Source of the DNA: an uncultured Acidobacteriota bacterium
Lineage (GTDB): Bacteria > Acidobacteriota > Terriglobia > Terriglobales > Acidobacteriaceae
Assembly: GCA_963845725.1 (NCBI GenBank)
Contig: CAWJTC010000008.1
Location: 2,159 to 66,158, forward strand
Length of the DNA stretch: 64,000 nucleotides
Direction of reading: 5' to 3'
Shown: piece after piece, positions 53,478 to 64,000 of the stretch
How positions within the stretch are numbered: position 1 is the stretch's first letter
How the letters are laid out: each line of letters starts with the position of its first letter
Translations under genes and position numbers: made by a program
Notes under the pieces: generated by a model
Database searches by the model: none
What the model saw: the letters and a program-made list of their open reading frames with translations, nothing else
What the model was told of the DNA's origin: nothing

Positions 53478-55076
53478 CGGGCCGCAATCACATCATACGG
53501 CCGCATCATCTCATTATCTTCATGTTCCAGAATGTGGCAATGCCAGACGTAGCGGCCGGTAAAGCCCTCGAACTTCATGATAATTCTGGTGATCATTCCC
53601 GGCGTGGCTCGCACTGTGTCTTTCCAGCCAGCTTCACCTGGTTCCGGCGGAATCGGCGTGCCCCAGCGGCGAAGAACGCCCCGGTTCTGATACGCGAACG
53701 CGTCAAATCGCTGCCGATCGAGTACTTGGAAACGGACCAAATGGACATGGATGGGATGCACATCGTCGGTCACATTCATCAGGTTCCAGATCTCCACCGA
53801 ATTCAAAACCGGATTCTCGGTCACCGGCATCTTCCAGTGGGAATCATTCAGCAGCACGGTCACAGGATCGCCGTGCAAATCGTCGATTTCCCCCAGCTTC
53901 AGGTCGCGGGTTTTCACCGCTTCCGATTCCGCAATTTTCACAACCGGCCGCAAAGCCGAGGGCAACGAACTCTCATCGCTGACTTTTCCTCGAGAAACGC
54001 GGAACTGCACCACCGGCGTCGCGAAGTCATTTTTCAGGACAATTTGTTCGCCGGCATGATCGCTGAAGTCGAGCACCAGATCGGCCCTCTCTGCCGGAGC
54101 CAGAATGATCTGCTTCAGCGCCACCGGCGCCGGCAGCAATCCCTGGTCGGTTCCAATTTGTTGAAGCATCTGCCCGTTTGCCATGGCGAGACGAAAGAAT
54201 CTGGTGTTGGCCGCGTTCAGAACCCGGAAGCGGTACTTCCGCGGCTCCACATCCAGGTAGGGCAAGAGTTTGCCATTGGCCAGGACGGCATTGCCAAAAA
54301 ATTCCGAGACCCATGGGTTGGTGGAATTCTGTGCCACCGGATAGTAAAGTTGCGCGTCCAGATCGAATGTGCGGTCGCACAGCACCAGCGGCACCTCATA
54401 CTTGCCGCGCGGCAGATTCAGAGACTTCTCTACCGGATCGCGCACGACAAACAGGCCAAACAACCCGGCGAGCACATTCAGCCGGTTGATTCCCAGCGCG
54501 TGATCGTGATACCAAAGCAGCGCTGCATCCTGCTGGTTGGGATAATAATAAGTCGCAGATTTTCCCGGCACATACCAGTTTTCAGGATAGCCATCACTTT
54601 CCGGCCCGACCTTGGCGCCGTGCAAGTGAATGACGCTGCGAACGTCCGGTTTGTCGGGCTCGGCCCCGTGGATACTGTGATCAATGGGCAGAAAATGCTC
54701 GCGCGGCAATTCATTCGCCCACTCCACCAGCAATGCCCTTGCCACTCTCCGTTTCAAGGGTCGGGCCCGGAGACGACGATCCGATTCCCCAGAGCCGCGT
54801 GGGCTTCATATCGCGATGGACCTTGCCGTGGAACTCGCGCATCGCCAGACGATAATGAGGAATTCTTAGTTTGGGATCGTCAGGGCTGGAGCGTAGGCCA
54901 GCGGCGCGGGCAACGTCGGGAATGGGCAGCGGATCTACAAACGCGGTCAGCGTGTTCGGGTCCAGCACCGGCTTGACCGGCTTCGGCGGCTGGCGATGCG
55001 GCACCTGCGGCATCATCGCCGCAGCCGCTGCCGCCATCCCGCTCTGTTGCAGGAACTTTCTCCGTGTTATGGACAA
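53474..55076 (-). pseudogene. Tat-exported multicopper oxidase (CotA/bilirubin-oxidase-like) with one frameshift
   Basis: Twin-arginine signal MSITRRKFLQQSG (ORF 54711-55076). Copper motifs HLHG, WYHDH, HPIHVHL and HCHILEHED in ORF 53474-54757. The shift lies near 54740. Confidence 0.85.
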
Positions 55077-55173
55077 CTGAACGCCTCCAACTTTTTCAAT
55101 TCCGAGTGCCTTGGGAACGAAGCACGCGGAGGACGCATCGAGGAATCTACGCTTGTACGCAGTTACACAATAT

Positions 55174-55210
55174 CAAAAACAAGGCATGCGAACTCAGCGT
55201 TCGCATGCCC
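55174..55210 (-). terminator. Intrinsic terminator after the AcpA-like gene
   Basis: 11-bp perfect stem GGCATGCGAAC / GTTCGCATGCC with a 5-nt loop. On the minus strand it is followed by TTGTTTTTG. Confidence 0.75.
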
Positions 55211-55240
55211 GTCTTTATAACCGAGGGTTCACTCAACCCA

Positions 55241-56850
55241 CTAGGGAATCTGCTCTCCGGTTGAGGGATTGAGGATCAGGATTCCGTCGCTCCTGACCTG
55301 ACTGAAGTTGAACATCTGGCTGATGGAGTTGGCGATGGCGTCGAACGACCCGCCGCCGATTCTCTCTCCGCCCAGCCAGTTGTCTTCGATGAAACGGATG
55401 ACCGAAGTCTGGTCCGTAATGGTGTGATCAACCGCGTTCTCCAGCGCCCACGGCGAAATCACGATCAAGGGTTGCCGCGGACCGTAGCCACAGCGACCAA
55501 GCGCGTGCGCGTTGCCGGGGTCGATGCCGGGCAATTGCAGCCCGCCAGTTCCGCAAGCGCTTGGCCCGGTCAGGGCGTCCGATGAACCGGTCGACTGGTT
55601 TACGATTGGGCTCATCTGGTGGTCGTACCAGCCGTCGGAGTCGTCGTAAAGGATGACAACTGCGGTGCTGCTCCAGGTGGGTTGTTCTTCCAGGAAGTTG
55701 ACCAACTTAACCACGGCGGTCTGTTCATCGAAAGGATCGGAATAGCCCGCATGTCCGTCTTGAATGCCAATGTTCTTGACGAAGCTTACTGCCGGGAAAT
55801 TGCCGGCTTTGATTGAGTTGACGAGGTCATCAATATCGTAGTTGTGATTTGCCGGGCCGTTGTTCCCAATTTCGGACATGGTCTTTGGCCGGGTATGGAG
55901 CGGATTGGCCGTGGAAGCCCAATATCCGAAGAAGGAGTGGTGAGGGATGTAGTCGCCGGTGGTGCCCGCAAGTCCAGTCGAACTCCGATTGCAGCCCGTG
56001 GTTCCGTTGGAATTTTGAGATTGAGGTTAAACCCGCCCATGAACGATCCCCAGCTCACGCCAGCTGCGGTCAGCAGGTCGCCGATGTTCTTTCCACCTAG
56101 TTGCACCTGGCTGCTGCCCGAGCAAACGTCGTTGAGGGGGTCAGGGTCGCCGATGATGGTCAGAGATCCGTCGCCGCCATCTACGGTGCCGCCGGTTCCG
56201 GCAATCACGCCATTGGTCTGGCCGGAAGCCAGGTTGATCACGCCCGGTGTCGAGGGACCGAACGTCGTGCTGTAGGAATTGTCGTTCATGGCGAAGTGCT
56301 GGGCGTAATTCCAGAACGCGGTCACCGTGTTCCCGTCAAAGTAGCCCAGGTTCAAGCCGTTCGTGTTGAGGATTCCACCACCCTGGGGCGGCGGCCCGGC
56401 GGTGCCTACGAACTCTGGAAACAGGTCCATCGCGCCCATGTCAAAAGACTGCTGTTCTGCGGTGTAGTCATGGTTTTGATCGGCGGTCACCGATTGTGAA
56501 CGGTCCAAGCGGAAGGGGTTGGTGGCGCCGCTGCCGTTCGCGGGATTCAGGTTGGGATTGTTGTTCAGCAGCGCATTGCTGAAACCATTTGCCGTTGGCG
56601 TTCCAGGGCGGGCAACGAATTTCGGCTCTCCAGCCGGGTTGGTGGCGTTGGGATAGGTCCCAAAATAATGATCGTACGAAACATTCTCCTGGAAGATCAC
56701 AACCAGGTGCTGGATGGGTGTTGCCGTCTTCGCCGACGGATTTGAAGCGGCGTAGGTAGGCGCAACACACGGTCCCAGGGCAGTGATCAATGCTGTCGTA
56801 AATGCCAGCATTTTCCTGGGGGCAGTTGATGCTCTCAGTGTCTCGAACAT
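55241..56850 (-). pseudogene. Phosphoesterase-family acid phosphatase / phospholipase C-like (AcpA-like) with one frameshift
   Basis: Signal peptide. HLVVIFQENVSYDHYFGTYP (ORF 55786-56850). IPHHSFFGYW...ILYDDSDGWYDH (frame of ORF 55241-55879). The shift lies near 56015. Confidence 0.8.
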
Positions 56851-57138
56851 CTCTTCCTCCGTCCTTCGGTCCGATATGAGGGCTCCCTACAACAATCATT
56901 CAGCCGAGGAAAAACCATGGTAGGGCACTCATGTTGCGGAATTTTGACGCGACTGTTAAAGCGTGGATGAATTGAGGCCGCGTCCGGACCCAATCTGTGG
57001 ATATCTCCGAGCCGGGCTCCTGGCACGGTTCTGCACCGGTCGTTTGGGAGTGCGTGAATTCAACTCTGACACTAGGCGCGCATTCCGTGACATCAAGCAA
57101 ATTGTCTCGTCCCGAGGGCCGAAGGCTCATTCCGTCGC

Positions 57139-59898
57139 TTAGGGCGCAGACCCCAAGTCAGGATCGAGACTGTGCTTCTTGGGCACCGGTGGTGAAACGT
57201 CGATGCACATCGTGGCCGTGCATTGCATCAGAGAGCCGGGACAGTTCTCTGACGTGACCACTGCCGTTACTGCCACAAAGCCATCCGTCTGTCCTGGCTG
57301 GGTATTGCATTCTGGAACCGCCATATAGCTACTGCCGAGGACACCAGGGGCGGCATACACCGGGGAAACTCCGCCCAAATCGTCAAAGCTGTTGTCGTTG
57401 CATACCTTCATGCCCCCGTCTTCGGGGTTGAAGCATCCCGGTCCCCCCTTGTCTGCGAACTGCCCGAACGGCTCCTTCCCGCAATTTTCGCCCGGCGGAG
57501 CCAGCGAGTTGCAACTCATCGACCAGTTCACGGTGACCTGATCGAAATCTGGAATGTTGAATGGAACTACCATGAACGGGACCTGACTGGTCGAACCCGC
57601 CTGAATCGCAAGCGATCCAGGGCTGATCGAAATCGACGCCTGGGCGTTGGCCGTAATCTCTTGGGTGACGGTCGCCTTTACATTGGAATTGGCGTCCGCT
57701 GTCGCCGTTATGTTCACATAATAGGGGTCGGGAAGACCCTGCACATCGGGTGCTGTGTAGGTCGTCGGCTGGCCGTTGGTGGTGGAGGGGTTGATGGTTC
57801 CGCATGGCGTAGGCAATCCCGTGGTGCAAGTTCCACCGCTGGTGGGCGCCAATGTCCAATAGACAACCTGGTCCGAGCTATTGTTCACGGTGGCGTCATA
57901 GTTGGGATTGCTTTGCCCCGGTAGCATCGGGGGGGGCGGATCCGGCGATATGGTAATCGTGATCTGGTTCTGTACCGGGATGATGGTCACCATCACCTTG
58001 TTGGACACGACGGAAGGATCGGCTTCCGGCACGGCGGTTATCACAACCGTAGCGGGATTCGGGACATTCACCGGAGCGATGTAGTCCTCTTCATTGAGAT
58101 TCTGGCTGTCAGGCATCATGGTGCCGACTGTCGAGTCGCCGTTAAGAATGTTATTTACATACCAGGAAACGACCTGGTCCGTGGAGCCGACCACAGTCGC
58201 AGTGAACGGCCCGCCTAGTTCGCCGGTTTGCACCGTGAGAGGGCCCGGCGGCATAACCTGGACACTCACCGCATTCAGGCTAATGGTCACTGTGGCCACC
58301 GCGAAATGCGACGGATCCGCCGCTGGTACCGCTTTGATGATGACGGTCGCAGGACTGGGTACTGAAGCAGGAGCCGTGTAAGTCACCAAGTTCGATCCCT
58401 GAGGAGGCACAATCGTGCCCAGCGTGGCATTGCCACCAAAAACACAGTTTGAGGGATCCGACGTCTTGCTGCAAACGTACCAGGTACCGGTTTGATTGTT
58501 TGATCCCGAGACTTGCAGTTGGAATTGTTGGGTCTGCCCTATTCCTAATTGCTCGGTGCCGTTCAAGCAGGTATTCGGGTAACAGACCACCGACGCGCTT
58601 ATATTCGGGGTGCTGATGGTCACGGGAAGCGTGCCCGCGATCTTGGGATTGACAGTGGGAACCGCACCCACAATGACCACTGGCGGTTGGGGAACTGTTG
58701 CCGGAGCCGTGTAATCCCCTTGGTCGGGTATGACTGGGTCCGGAGAAATGGTTCCGTAAGTGGAATTGCCTCCGGTGACGCCATTCACTTGCCAAGTCAC
58801 AGTCTGCACATTCGCGTTCTGCACCGTTGCGTTGTAATGAGCTATTCCCCCCTCGAGCACAGTGCCCGTGCCGTTGACCAGAACCGCGACGCCGAGCGGC
58901 GGCGGCGGGGTTACCGTAAGGCTGGCGAAACCATTGCGGGTGGGTTGCGCATTCGAGACCGCAATGACAGACACAACATTGCCCAAGGGTGGAACCTCGG
59001 ACGGAGCAGTATAGACTCCCGTATTGCCGTTCTCCGAGCCGATGGTTCCATTGACTTCCGAGCCTCCGTAGGTCGGATTTCCATCCACGCCGGCCACTTC
59101 CCATGAGACGGAGTCATCGTCGGCATTGATCACGTCGGCGGTGAAAGTGAAATGGCTTTGCGTCTGGTCCACCGCTACCGCGGGAGTGACGGTGACGGTT
59201 GCGATGGTGGGAGCCTGTTCAGAAAGCGTGACTTTACAATAGGTAAATTTCGAGGGCTCGACGTGCGACAGGGCTTTGATGGTGACGGTCGAAGAGTTTG
59301 GAACTTTCGCCGGCGCCGTATAGACCGCAGTATTGCCCGCGCCGGAAGTAACCGTCCCGAACACCGAATTGCCGTTCGCAATGCCGTTTACCTGCCAGTC
59401 CACCGCCGTGTTCGCCGGACCAATCACACCACCCGACAGTTTTAACGGGTGCCCAGCCTGCACGTAAGCGGTCCCGGAGGGAGATATGAAAACCTGCGCC
59501 GGAACCAGAGAACCCGAAATCGTAACAGTCGCGGTGCCGCTCTTCGTGGTGTCTGCATTAGCCACAGCCGTGATGGTGACCCTGGAAGGAATGGGAACGA
59601 ATTGCGGCGCCGTGTAATTGCCGGAATTGTCGATAGTGCCAATTTCTGCCGCGCCTCCCGGAAATCCGTTGACCTGCCACTGCACAGTTTGCAAACCTGA
59701 GTTATTCACGACGGCAGTGAAAGTCTCGGTAGTACTCGTGCCCACGATCATGGTCGCAGGAGTGATGGTGACCGAGACCGCGCCAAGGGCGTTATAACCG
59801 CTGATCGGCGCCGAGCTCGCTCCTCCGCAACCGATCGCCAGGATCGTCACGCTTACGCATACGGCAACGGAAAAAACACGCCACAGATTGACGGACAT
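57139..59898 (-). CDS. Large surface lipoprotein made of tandem Ig-like (Big_2-type) domains
   Basis: ATG at 59898 with lipobox LAIGCGG. About 9 repeats of a ~85-aa unit (...VTWQVNG..GG....GTI...G.YTAP..VP....V.I.A...). Confidence 0.75.
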   Translation of the reverse strand: MSVNLWRVFSVAVCVSVTILAIGCGGASSAPISGYNALGAVSVTITPATMIVGTSTTETFTAVVNNSGLQTVQWQVNGFPGGAAEIGTIDNSGNYTAPQFVPIPSRVTITAVANADTTKSGTATVTISGSLVPAQVFISPSGTAYVQAGHPLKLSGGVIGPANTAVDWQVNGIANGNSVFGTVTSGAGNTAVYTAPAKVPNSSTVTIKALSHVEPSKFTYCKVTLSEQAPTIATVTVTPAVAVDQTQSHFTFTADVINADDDSVSWEVAGVDGNPTYGGSEVNGTIGSENGNTGVYTAPSEVPPLGNVVSVIAVSNAQPTRNGFASLTVTPPPPLGVAVLVNGTGTVLEGGIAHYNATVQNANVQTVTWQVNGVTGGNSTYGTISPDPVIPDQGDYTAPATVPQPPVVIVGAVPTVNPKIAGTLPVTISTPNISASVVCYPNTCLNGTEQLGIGQTQQFQLQVSGSNNQTGTWYVCSKTSDPSNCVFGGNATLGTIVPPQGSNLVTYTAPASVPSPATVIIKAVPAADPSHFAVATVTISLNAVSVQVMPPGPLTVQTGELGGPFTATVVGSTDQVVSWYVNNILNGDSTVGTMMPDSQNLNEEDYIAPVNVPNPATVVITAVPEADPSVVSNKVMVTIIPVQNQITITISPDPPPPMLPGQSNPNYDATVNNSSDQVVYWTLAPTSGGTCTTGLPTPCGTINPSTTNGQPTTYTAPDVQGLPDPYYVNITATADANSNVKATVTQEITANAQASISISPGSLAIQAGSTSQVPFMVVPFNIPDFDQVTVNWSMSCNSLAPPGENCGKEPFGQFADKGGPGCFNPEDGGMKVCNDNSFDDLGGVSPVYAAPGVLGSSYMAVPECNTQPGQTDGFVAVTAVVTSENCPGSLMQCTATMCIDVSPPVPKKHSLDPDLGSAP

Positions 59899-60000
59899 TC
59901 GAGGACTCCGGCTCAGGTATGACGTTCTAACCAGCATGTGATTTCTGTATGTCATCTAACGGCGGCTTAGAGATCCCGCTCGCCTCGCTCCCGGCGGCCG

Positions 60001-61049
60001 CTAGTCATTGTGCCTCTCCGCGCCGGGGGCGGGCGGCTGCGAAGTGTGCACATTCTCCACCGCTGGCTTGCTCCCCGGACTCTCGCGGACTTGGTCTTTT
60101 ACCCACTGGAAGAGCCGGCCCGCGGCCGAGGCCTGATAAAAATGGTACGTGGTGTCGTAGCGTACGATCTTGGCCGTAGCGGGTGCGGCGGACTCAATTC
60201 GCTCCTTCGCAACCGTTGGCGTGACCGTGTCGTCCGCGACCTCCTGGATGCGGATGTGCGCAGTCACTTCGGGCAACCACTGGACGGGGTCAAGCGGCGC
60301 AACTTTCTTCAGGAATTCCGGCTTGACATAGTTGGGGCGCTCGTTTTCCGGGATGATCTTGGAAGACGCCATCCAATCCGGCCAATCTCCCCACGGATCC
60401 AGAACGTCAATCGCCTTGATGCGTGGATCAACCGCGGCCGCCAGAATCGCAATAGTTCCTCCCGATCCCGTCCCAAAAATGCCGGCGTTGTTTGTGTCCA
60501 GGTCGTCACGCGTGGAAAGAAAGTTGAGCATCATTTGAACATCGTGCACCGACTTGCCCAAGGACTCCTGCAATTCGCTGACGAACCATTCCTTCATCGG
60601 TCGCATGGAGTAACGTTGGCCGGTAAGCGCAGATACGAAGCCGATGGCTGCAACTCCGCCGGAAGTAATTCGAGCGCAGTAGTCGTTATCGCGGAAACGC
60701 GCGGTTTCGGAAGGATAGCTGTACAAATAGATGACCACCGGCGGCTTCGGTACATACCTCGGCCGGATGATATAAAGATCGATGGGATCGCCCATCCGCC
60801 ACTGCACCTGGAGTAGTTCGCGGATGAAGCCGGGCTGGACATCCTTTTCTCCAAACGTCGGCCTCTGCGGCACCAAGTCGCTTCCCGCCAAGGATGGCGA
60901 ACTCCAGTCCTCGACCGTCCCACGACGCGGCGCGGGCTGCGTAGCTGGGCGGTCTTCTGGGCCCAGGCAGCGCCAACTTGCGCAAAGCATACCAGCAGCA
61001 CCAAAATCGCAAACTGCCGGACTTGATATTTACGCCAGAAACTCCGCAT
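60001..61049 (-). pseudogene. Secreted alpha/beta hydrolase (dienelactone-hydrolase/esterase-like), frameshift just after the signal peptide
   Basis: Signal peptide MRSFWRKYQVRQFAILVLLVCFAQVGAAWAQ in ORF 60594-61049. Mature part in ORF 60001-60990 with GTGSGG (a GxSxG variant). Confidence 0.6.
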
Positions 61050-61074
61050 CCGATTCTCTCTTGAAAATTGTGTA

Positions 61075-61314
61075 CTACACCGCGGTCATCCTGGAGACGA
61101 GCCCCATCGCGCTCGAAAAATCTCTTTGCGGCGTCACCGCTACAGAACTGAAATCAAAAATCTCGTGGATAATCACTTCTGCGATTTCCAGGGCAAGATC
61201 TTCGGGGTTTTCCGCCGCCTTGAACACTTCCCCGTCCGGAACTTCTACTACGAACCTCATACTCACATCCACTGCTGAGCGTAAGAAGTCGGAGGCAGGC
61301 TGCCAAGCAGACAC
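61075..61314 (-). CDS. Small acidic hypothetical protein
   Basis: 79-aa ORF, GTG start 4 nt after GGAGG. No family recognised. Confidence 0.35.
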   Translation of the reverse strand: MSAWQPASDFLRSAVDVSMRFVVEVPDGEVFKAAENPEDLALEIAEVIIHEIFDFSSVAVTPQRDFSSAMGLVSRMTAV

Positions 61315-61341
61315 CCTGCCTCCGATGACAGATCGATTTTC

Positions 61342-62913
61342 CTACTGCTTGATCTCGATCAACTGCATACCGGTGTCAGCCAAGAAATCGGCATCGGCAT
61401 TCTTGGTGAATACCGCGCCGCCGACCGAACCGCCGGACTCCTTAGGTTCGCCGGCATTGCCGTTAGAAGTTGGCCCAAGCTGTTGCGGACGGTCGTAGTG
61501 CGAGCGGAATACTTGCATCGAACTGACCGGAACCAGGTCAGGGACCTTGCTGGCATTCTTTTGCGCGGCCGTAACCAGCCCGGTGACCCCCTTCGGACAG
61601 ACTCCGTTAGTGGTGTAGCAGGAGACCGTCAGAATGGTCCATGCAGGATACGATCCGTTCAGGACGTTGACGAACGGAACGAGTCCCGGACATGGGGCCA
61701 CGCAATTGGGAAACGCTCCTCTGCTCTGGTACCACGAGTAGTTGAGGGGATCAATGCCGTCGACCGACAGATACTTGGCGGTGGTCAGCACGCTGGCGAA
61801 GTTACCGGTGCTCCAGAAGCTGTACCCGATCGAGTTAGTGTGTGATCCTACCGCGGCCACCATTTCGCCGTTGCCGACCACGCGCTGGCGCGTGCCGCCG
61901 CTGGGATAGGTGATGTTCAACGGATTATCGCTCACAGGGTTGACGTTGAGTTCCTGACAGGAGCCGCCCTCGACGGTATCCGGAATATTAAATTCCGTGG
62001 TGTTGTAGGTTCCGGAAGTTGGCTCACGCAAGAACACGTGCACTCCATTGGACGGCAATCCCGGAACATTGGCGATATCGCGAGTCCGGGTAAGGGTGCC
62101 GTTCAATATGTTGGTAAGAACAAAGCGGTCGACATTGTTGTAGTTCGCGCTTGCGAAGTCGCTGTTCGTCTGCGTGTTCACGTACACGACAATTGGTTCT
62201 GCTCCCACTTGCAGCGAGGTCCAGGCTGGAATCGGGGTGCCGTTAAACGGATCGTTGCCGACGATGTTAAACGCCACCGGAGTGACCTGATGGGTGCTTT
62301 GCGAACTGACAATTGGAACACCGACTAAGCCGTCGCCGGTGTATCCCAGCCCCATGCAGTGAGGGTCGTTACTCCAAGGCGCCAGCGCGCGGTTCATGGC
62401 GAAAACCGCATCCTCGGAGCGGATGTCAGTCGGCGCGGCGTTGAATGCCTGATTGTTGAGCGCATTGTACACCGCCTGGGTCAGCGGAGTATCGGTCAGG
62501 GTGGGAATCAAGTTGTCGCCGTTTACTCCGATTTCAGTGGACGGGATAGACAGCGTGGCCGTGGGTTGGGCGAACAACAGAAGGTTACCAATGACAGAGT
62601 CTGTGGCCAGATACGAGCAGACGGTCGTGACGGCCCCACTACCGTTGGTGGCCCATACAATCCAAATGTTCGCGGTTTGAGCGGGGATGTCACCGCGGCG
62701 GCTATCGATTCCCGAAGCTCCATTTTTCTTGGTCCAGATGTTGGTACCGCAGGCTGTGGACGAATCTGCGGCCAGGGCAGCAAGGTTGAACATACCGGTT
62801 GAACCTGCCCCATTGAACTGTACCGGATTGGCGGCACCAAAACAGTTGACTCCTGCAAACACGATCAGTGCCATCGACAGCACCGTCATGATTTTTGTCG
62901 TTCGCTTGGTCAT
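61342..62913 (-). CDS. Secreted PstS-like (type-2 periplasmic binding fold) protein
   Basis: ATG at 62913 after GAGGA, with a signal peptide. NGAGSTGMFN and REPTSGTYNTTEF resemble the two anion-binding loops of PstS-type proteins. Confidence 0.45.
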   Translation of the reverse strand: MTKRTTKIMTVLSMALIVFAGVNCFGAANPVQFNGAGSTGMFNLAALAADSSTACGTNIWTKKNGASGIDSRRGDIPAQTANIWIVWATNGSGAVTTVCSYLATDSVIGNLLLFAQPTATLSIPSTEIGVNGDNLIPTLTDTPLTQAVYNALNNQAFNAAPTDIRSEDAVFAMNRALAPWSNDPHCMGLGYTGDGLVGVPIVSSQSTHQVTPVAFNIVGNDPFNGTPIPAWTSLQVGAEPIVVYVNTQTNSDFASANYNNVDRFVLTNILNGTLTRTRDIANVPGLPSNGVHVFLREPTSGTYNTTEFNIPDTVEGGSCQELNVNPVSDNPLNITYPSGGTRQRVVGNGEMVAAVGSHTNSIGYSFWSTGNFASVLTTAKYLSVDGIDPLNYSWYQSRGAFPNCVAPCPGLVPFVNVLNGSYPAWTILTVSCYTTNGVCPKGVTGLVTAAQKNASKVPDLVPVSSMQVFRSHYDRPQQLGPTSNGNAGEPKESGGSVGGAVFTKNADADFLADTGMQLIEIKQ

Positions 62914-63327
62914 TTCAGTTTTCCTCATGGCGCAAATTTGCGCGGCTAATTGGGGGAGCACCCCGTTTTGAACGGCGGCTATGCGCACTCGTCGCACGCC
63001 AGGACTTTGCCTCAAGGTGGCCCGCTAAAAACCAGTCAAGGCGACTCCTGCCGCGGCCCTAAACCCGAACGCGAGATGAGAACCGAAAACCGCGGGAAGA
63101 GTCGGGGGAACTATCGCTGATATTTGTTGCAGCAAAACGACCGCAAAGTGAATATCATGTGAATTCCTCGCTTGACTTCGCCCGCTCAGGGCGCGGCGGG
63201 CGAGCTTAAGGCTTCCGATCCCAGACCGTCCTCCGGTTCACGTTTTCATCGGAAATTAACCTTGCCGTCATCATTTCGTCACATCTTCTCTGTAACCATG
63301 TGGCTCCTTTTGACTCCGAGGCGAAGG

Positions 63328-64000
63328 GTGAACACTGTGCGATTGCTGACAGTCTTGCTCTGCTGGGCCGCCGTGCTCTTAAGCCTGCCAGCAGCTACTT
63401 CCGCCCAAACCAGTGCTCCCGTGGCCAGCGTGGCACAAACCCCAGACTCCATCGCCGGCAATGTCACCGACCAGACTGGCGCCGTGCTCCCGGGCGCCGG
63501 CATCACACTTCGTGACAGCGCTGGCACGGCCAAAACCACCACCACCGACGAACGCGGGAACTACTCCTTTAAGCACTTGCCCGCCGGCACTTACAGCATT
63601 ACCGTTTCAGCTCCTAAGTTTCAGGACTTCCATGCCGACGGCATAGTTTTGACGGCGGGTCAGAGCATTCCCATGGATGCCGTACTCCAACCTGCGGGCG
63701 TAACCACTTCCGTCAATGTCGAGGGCCAAAAAGTCACCCAGGTAGAGACTGAGACCTCCCAGATCGTTGGAACCATCACGCAGAAAGAACTGGTGAGTCT
63801 GGGGCTGAATGGACGGAATTTTACCCAACTCATCACCCTTACTCCTGGGGTAAGTAATCAGACCGGACAGGATGAGGCGAAGGTGGGTGCGCTGGGCAGC
63901 GTCCGCTATAGCGTCAATGGCGGTCGCGTCGAATATAACTCGTTCAACGTGGACGGAGGGGACGTTCTGAATGCAGGACTGAACGGCAGCCAGAGCACGC
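63328..64000 (+). CDS. TonB-dependent receptor, N-terminal part (CarboxypepD_reg domain + plug), continues beyond the window
   Basis: GTG 6 nt after GAGG. Signal peptide VRLLTVLLCWAAVLLSLPAATSAQ. IAGNVTDQTGAVLPGAGITLRD...GNYSFKHLPAGTYSITVSAPKF, then LNGRNFTQLITLTPGV. This ORF is open to the window end and so is absent from the ORF track. Confidence 0.85.
   Translation, partial: MNTVRLLTVLLCWAAVLLSLPAATSAQTSAPVASVAQTPDSIAGNVTDQTGAVLPGAGITLRDSAGTAKTTTTDERGNYSFKHLPAGTYSITVSAPKFQDFHADGIVLTAGQSIPMDAVLQPAGVTTSVNVEGQKVTQVETETSQIVGTITQKELVSLGLNGRNFTQLITLTPGVSNQTGQDEAKVGALGSVRYSVNGGRVEYNSFNVDGGDVLNAGLNGSQST

Noticed and set aside
57021-57035. Sigma-54-like sequence TGGCACGGTTCTGCA on the plus strand
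   Set aside because: The GG-GC spacing is 11 nt rather than 12. The -12 element is TGCA, not TTGC. No plus-strand gene lies downstream.
57383-59104. Overlapping same-strand ORFs inside the Big_2 lipoprotein gene (57383-57859, 58280-59104) and inside the TonB receptor gene (14368-15021)
   Set aside because: These are alternative frames of long, intact, repeat-rich genes. Their translations are low-complexity Arg/Ser/Gly strings.

Overview
Moderately GC-rich chromosomal segment that looks acidobacterial. This is an inference from the giant TonB-dependent receptors with CarboxypepD_reg-type N-termini, a Gloeo_Verruco (GloVer) repeat protein, a Big_2 repeat lipoprotein and a sigma-54-centred regulator. 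No rRNA, tRNA, CRISPR array or transposase was recognised.

Layout:
- 1-8.1 kb: chemotaxis locus (two MCPs, cheW, cheA, a porin, a binding protein). Every gene is broken by multiple frameshifts.
- 8.4-22 kb: intact galactosamine/tagatose-type sugar utilisation locus (PfkB kinase, AgaS-like SIS isomerase, secreted glycosidase-like protein, TonB receptor, DeoR repressor, amidohydrolase, alpha-galactosidase-like gene, GatZ/KbaZ homologue).
- 22-28 kb: exopolysaccharide genes (2 glycosyltransferases, priming sugar transferase, OM barrel, Wza-like exporter).
- 28.4-36 kb: the most unusual part.
- 36-64 kb: partner-switching pair, REC-PilZ, cytochrome c peroxidase, hydrolases, a decayed HigB-2/HigA-2 module, guaA, an ATP-grasp/Zn-peptidase-like pair, the GloVer protein, aceB, a multicopper oxidase, an AcpA-like phosphatase, the Big_2 lipoprotein, a PstS-like protein and the start of a second TonB receptor.

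The 28.4-36 kb region holds an operon of three membrane-fusion (HlyD-like) proteins with no pump. One is fused to three GAF domains. Another is fused to an intact M50 intramembrane metalloprotease with a PqqD/RRE-like N-terminal domain. Convergent with this operon is a 112-aa, acid-free ORF of 20 perfect Ala-Val-Arg-Pro repeats whose codons drift only synonymously. That ORF sits behind a textbook -24/-12 sigma-54 promoter, directly downstream of an orphan sigma-54 activator gene.

Caveat: about a dozen further single frameshifts occur in otherwise well-conserved genes, including guaA and aceB. Assembly indel error cannot be separated from real gene decay using the sequence alone. All family assignments come from motif recognition by eye, not from searches.
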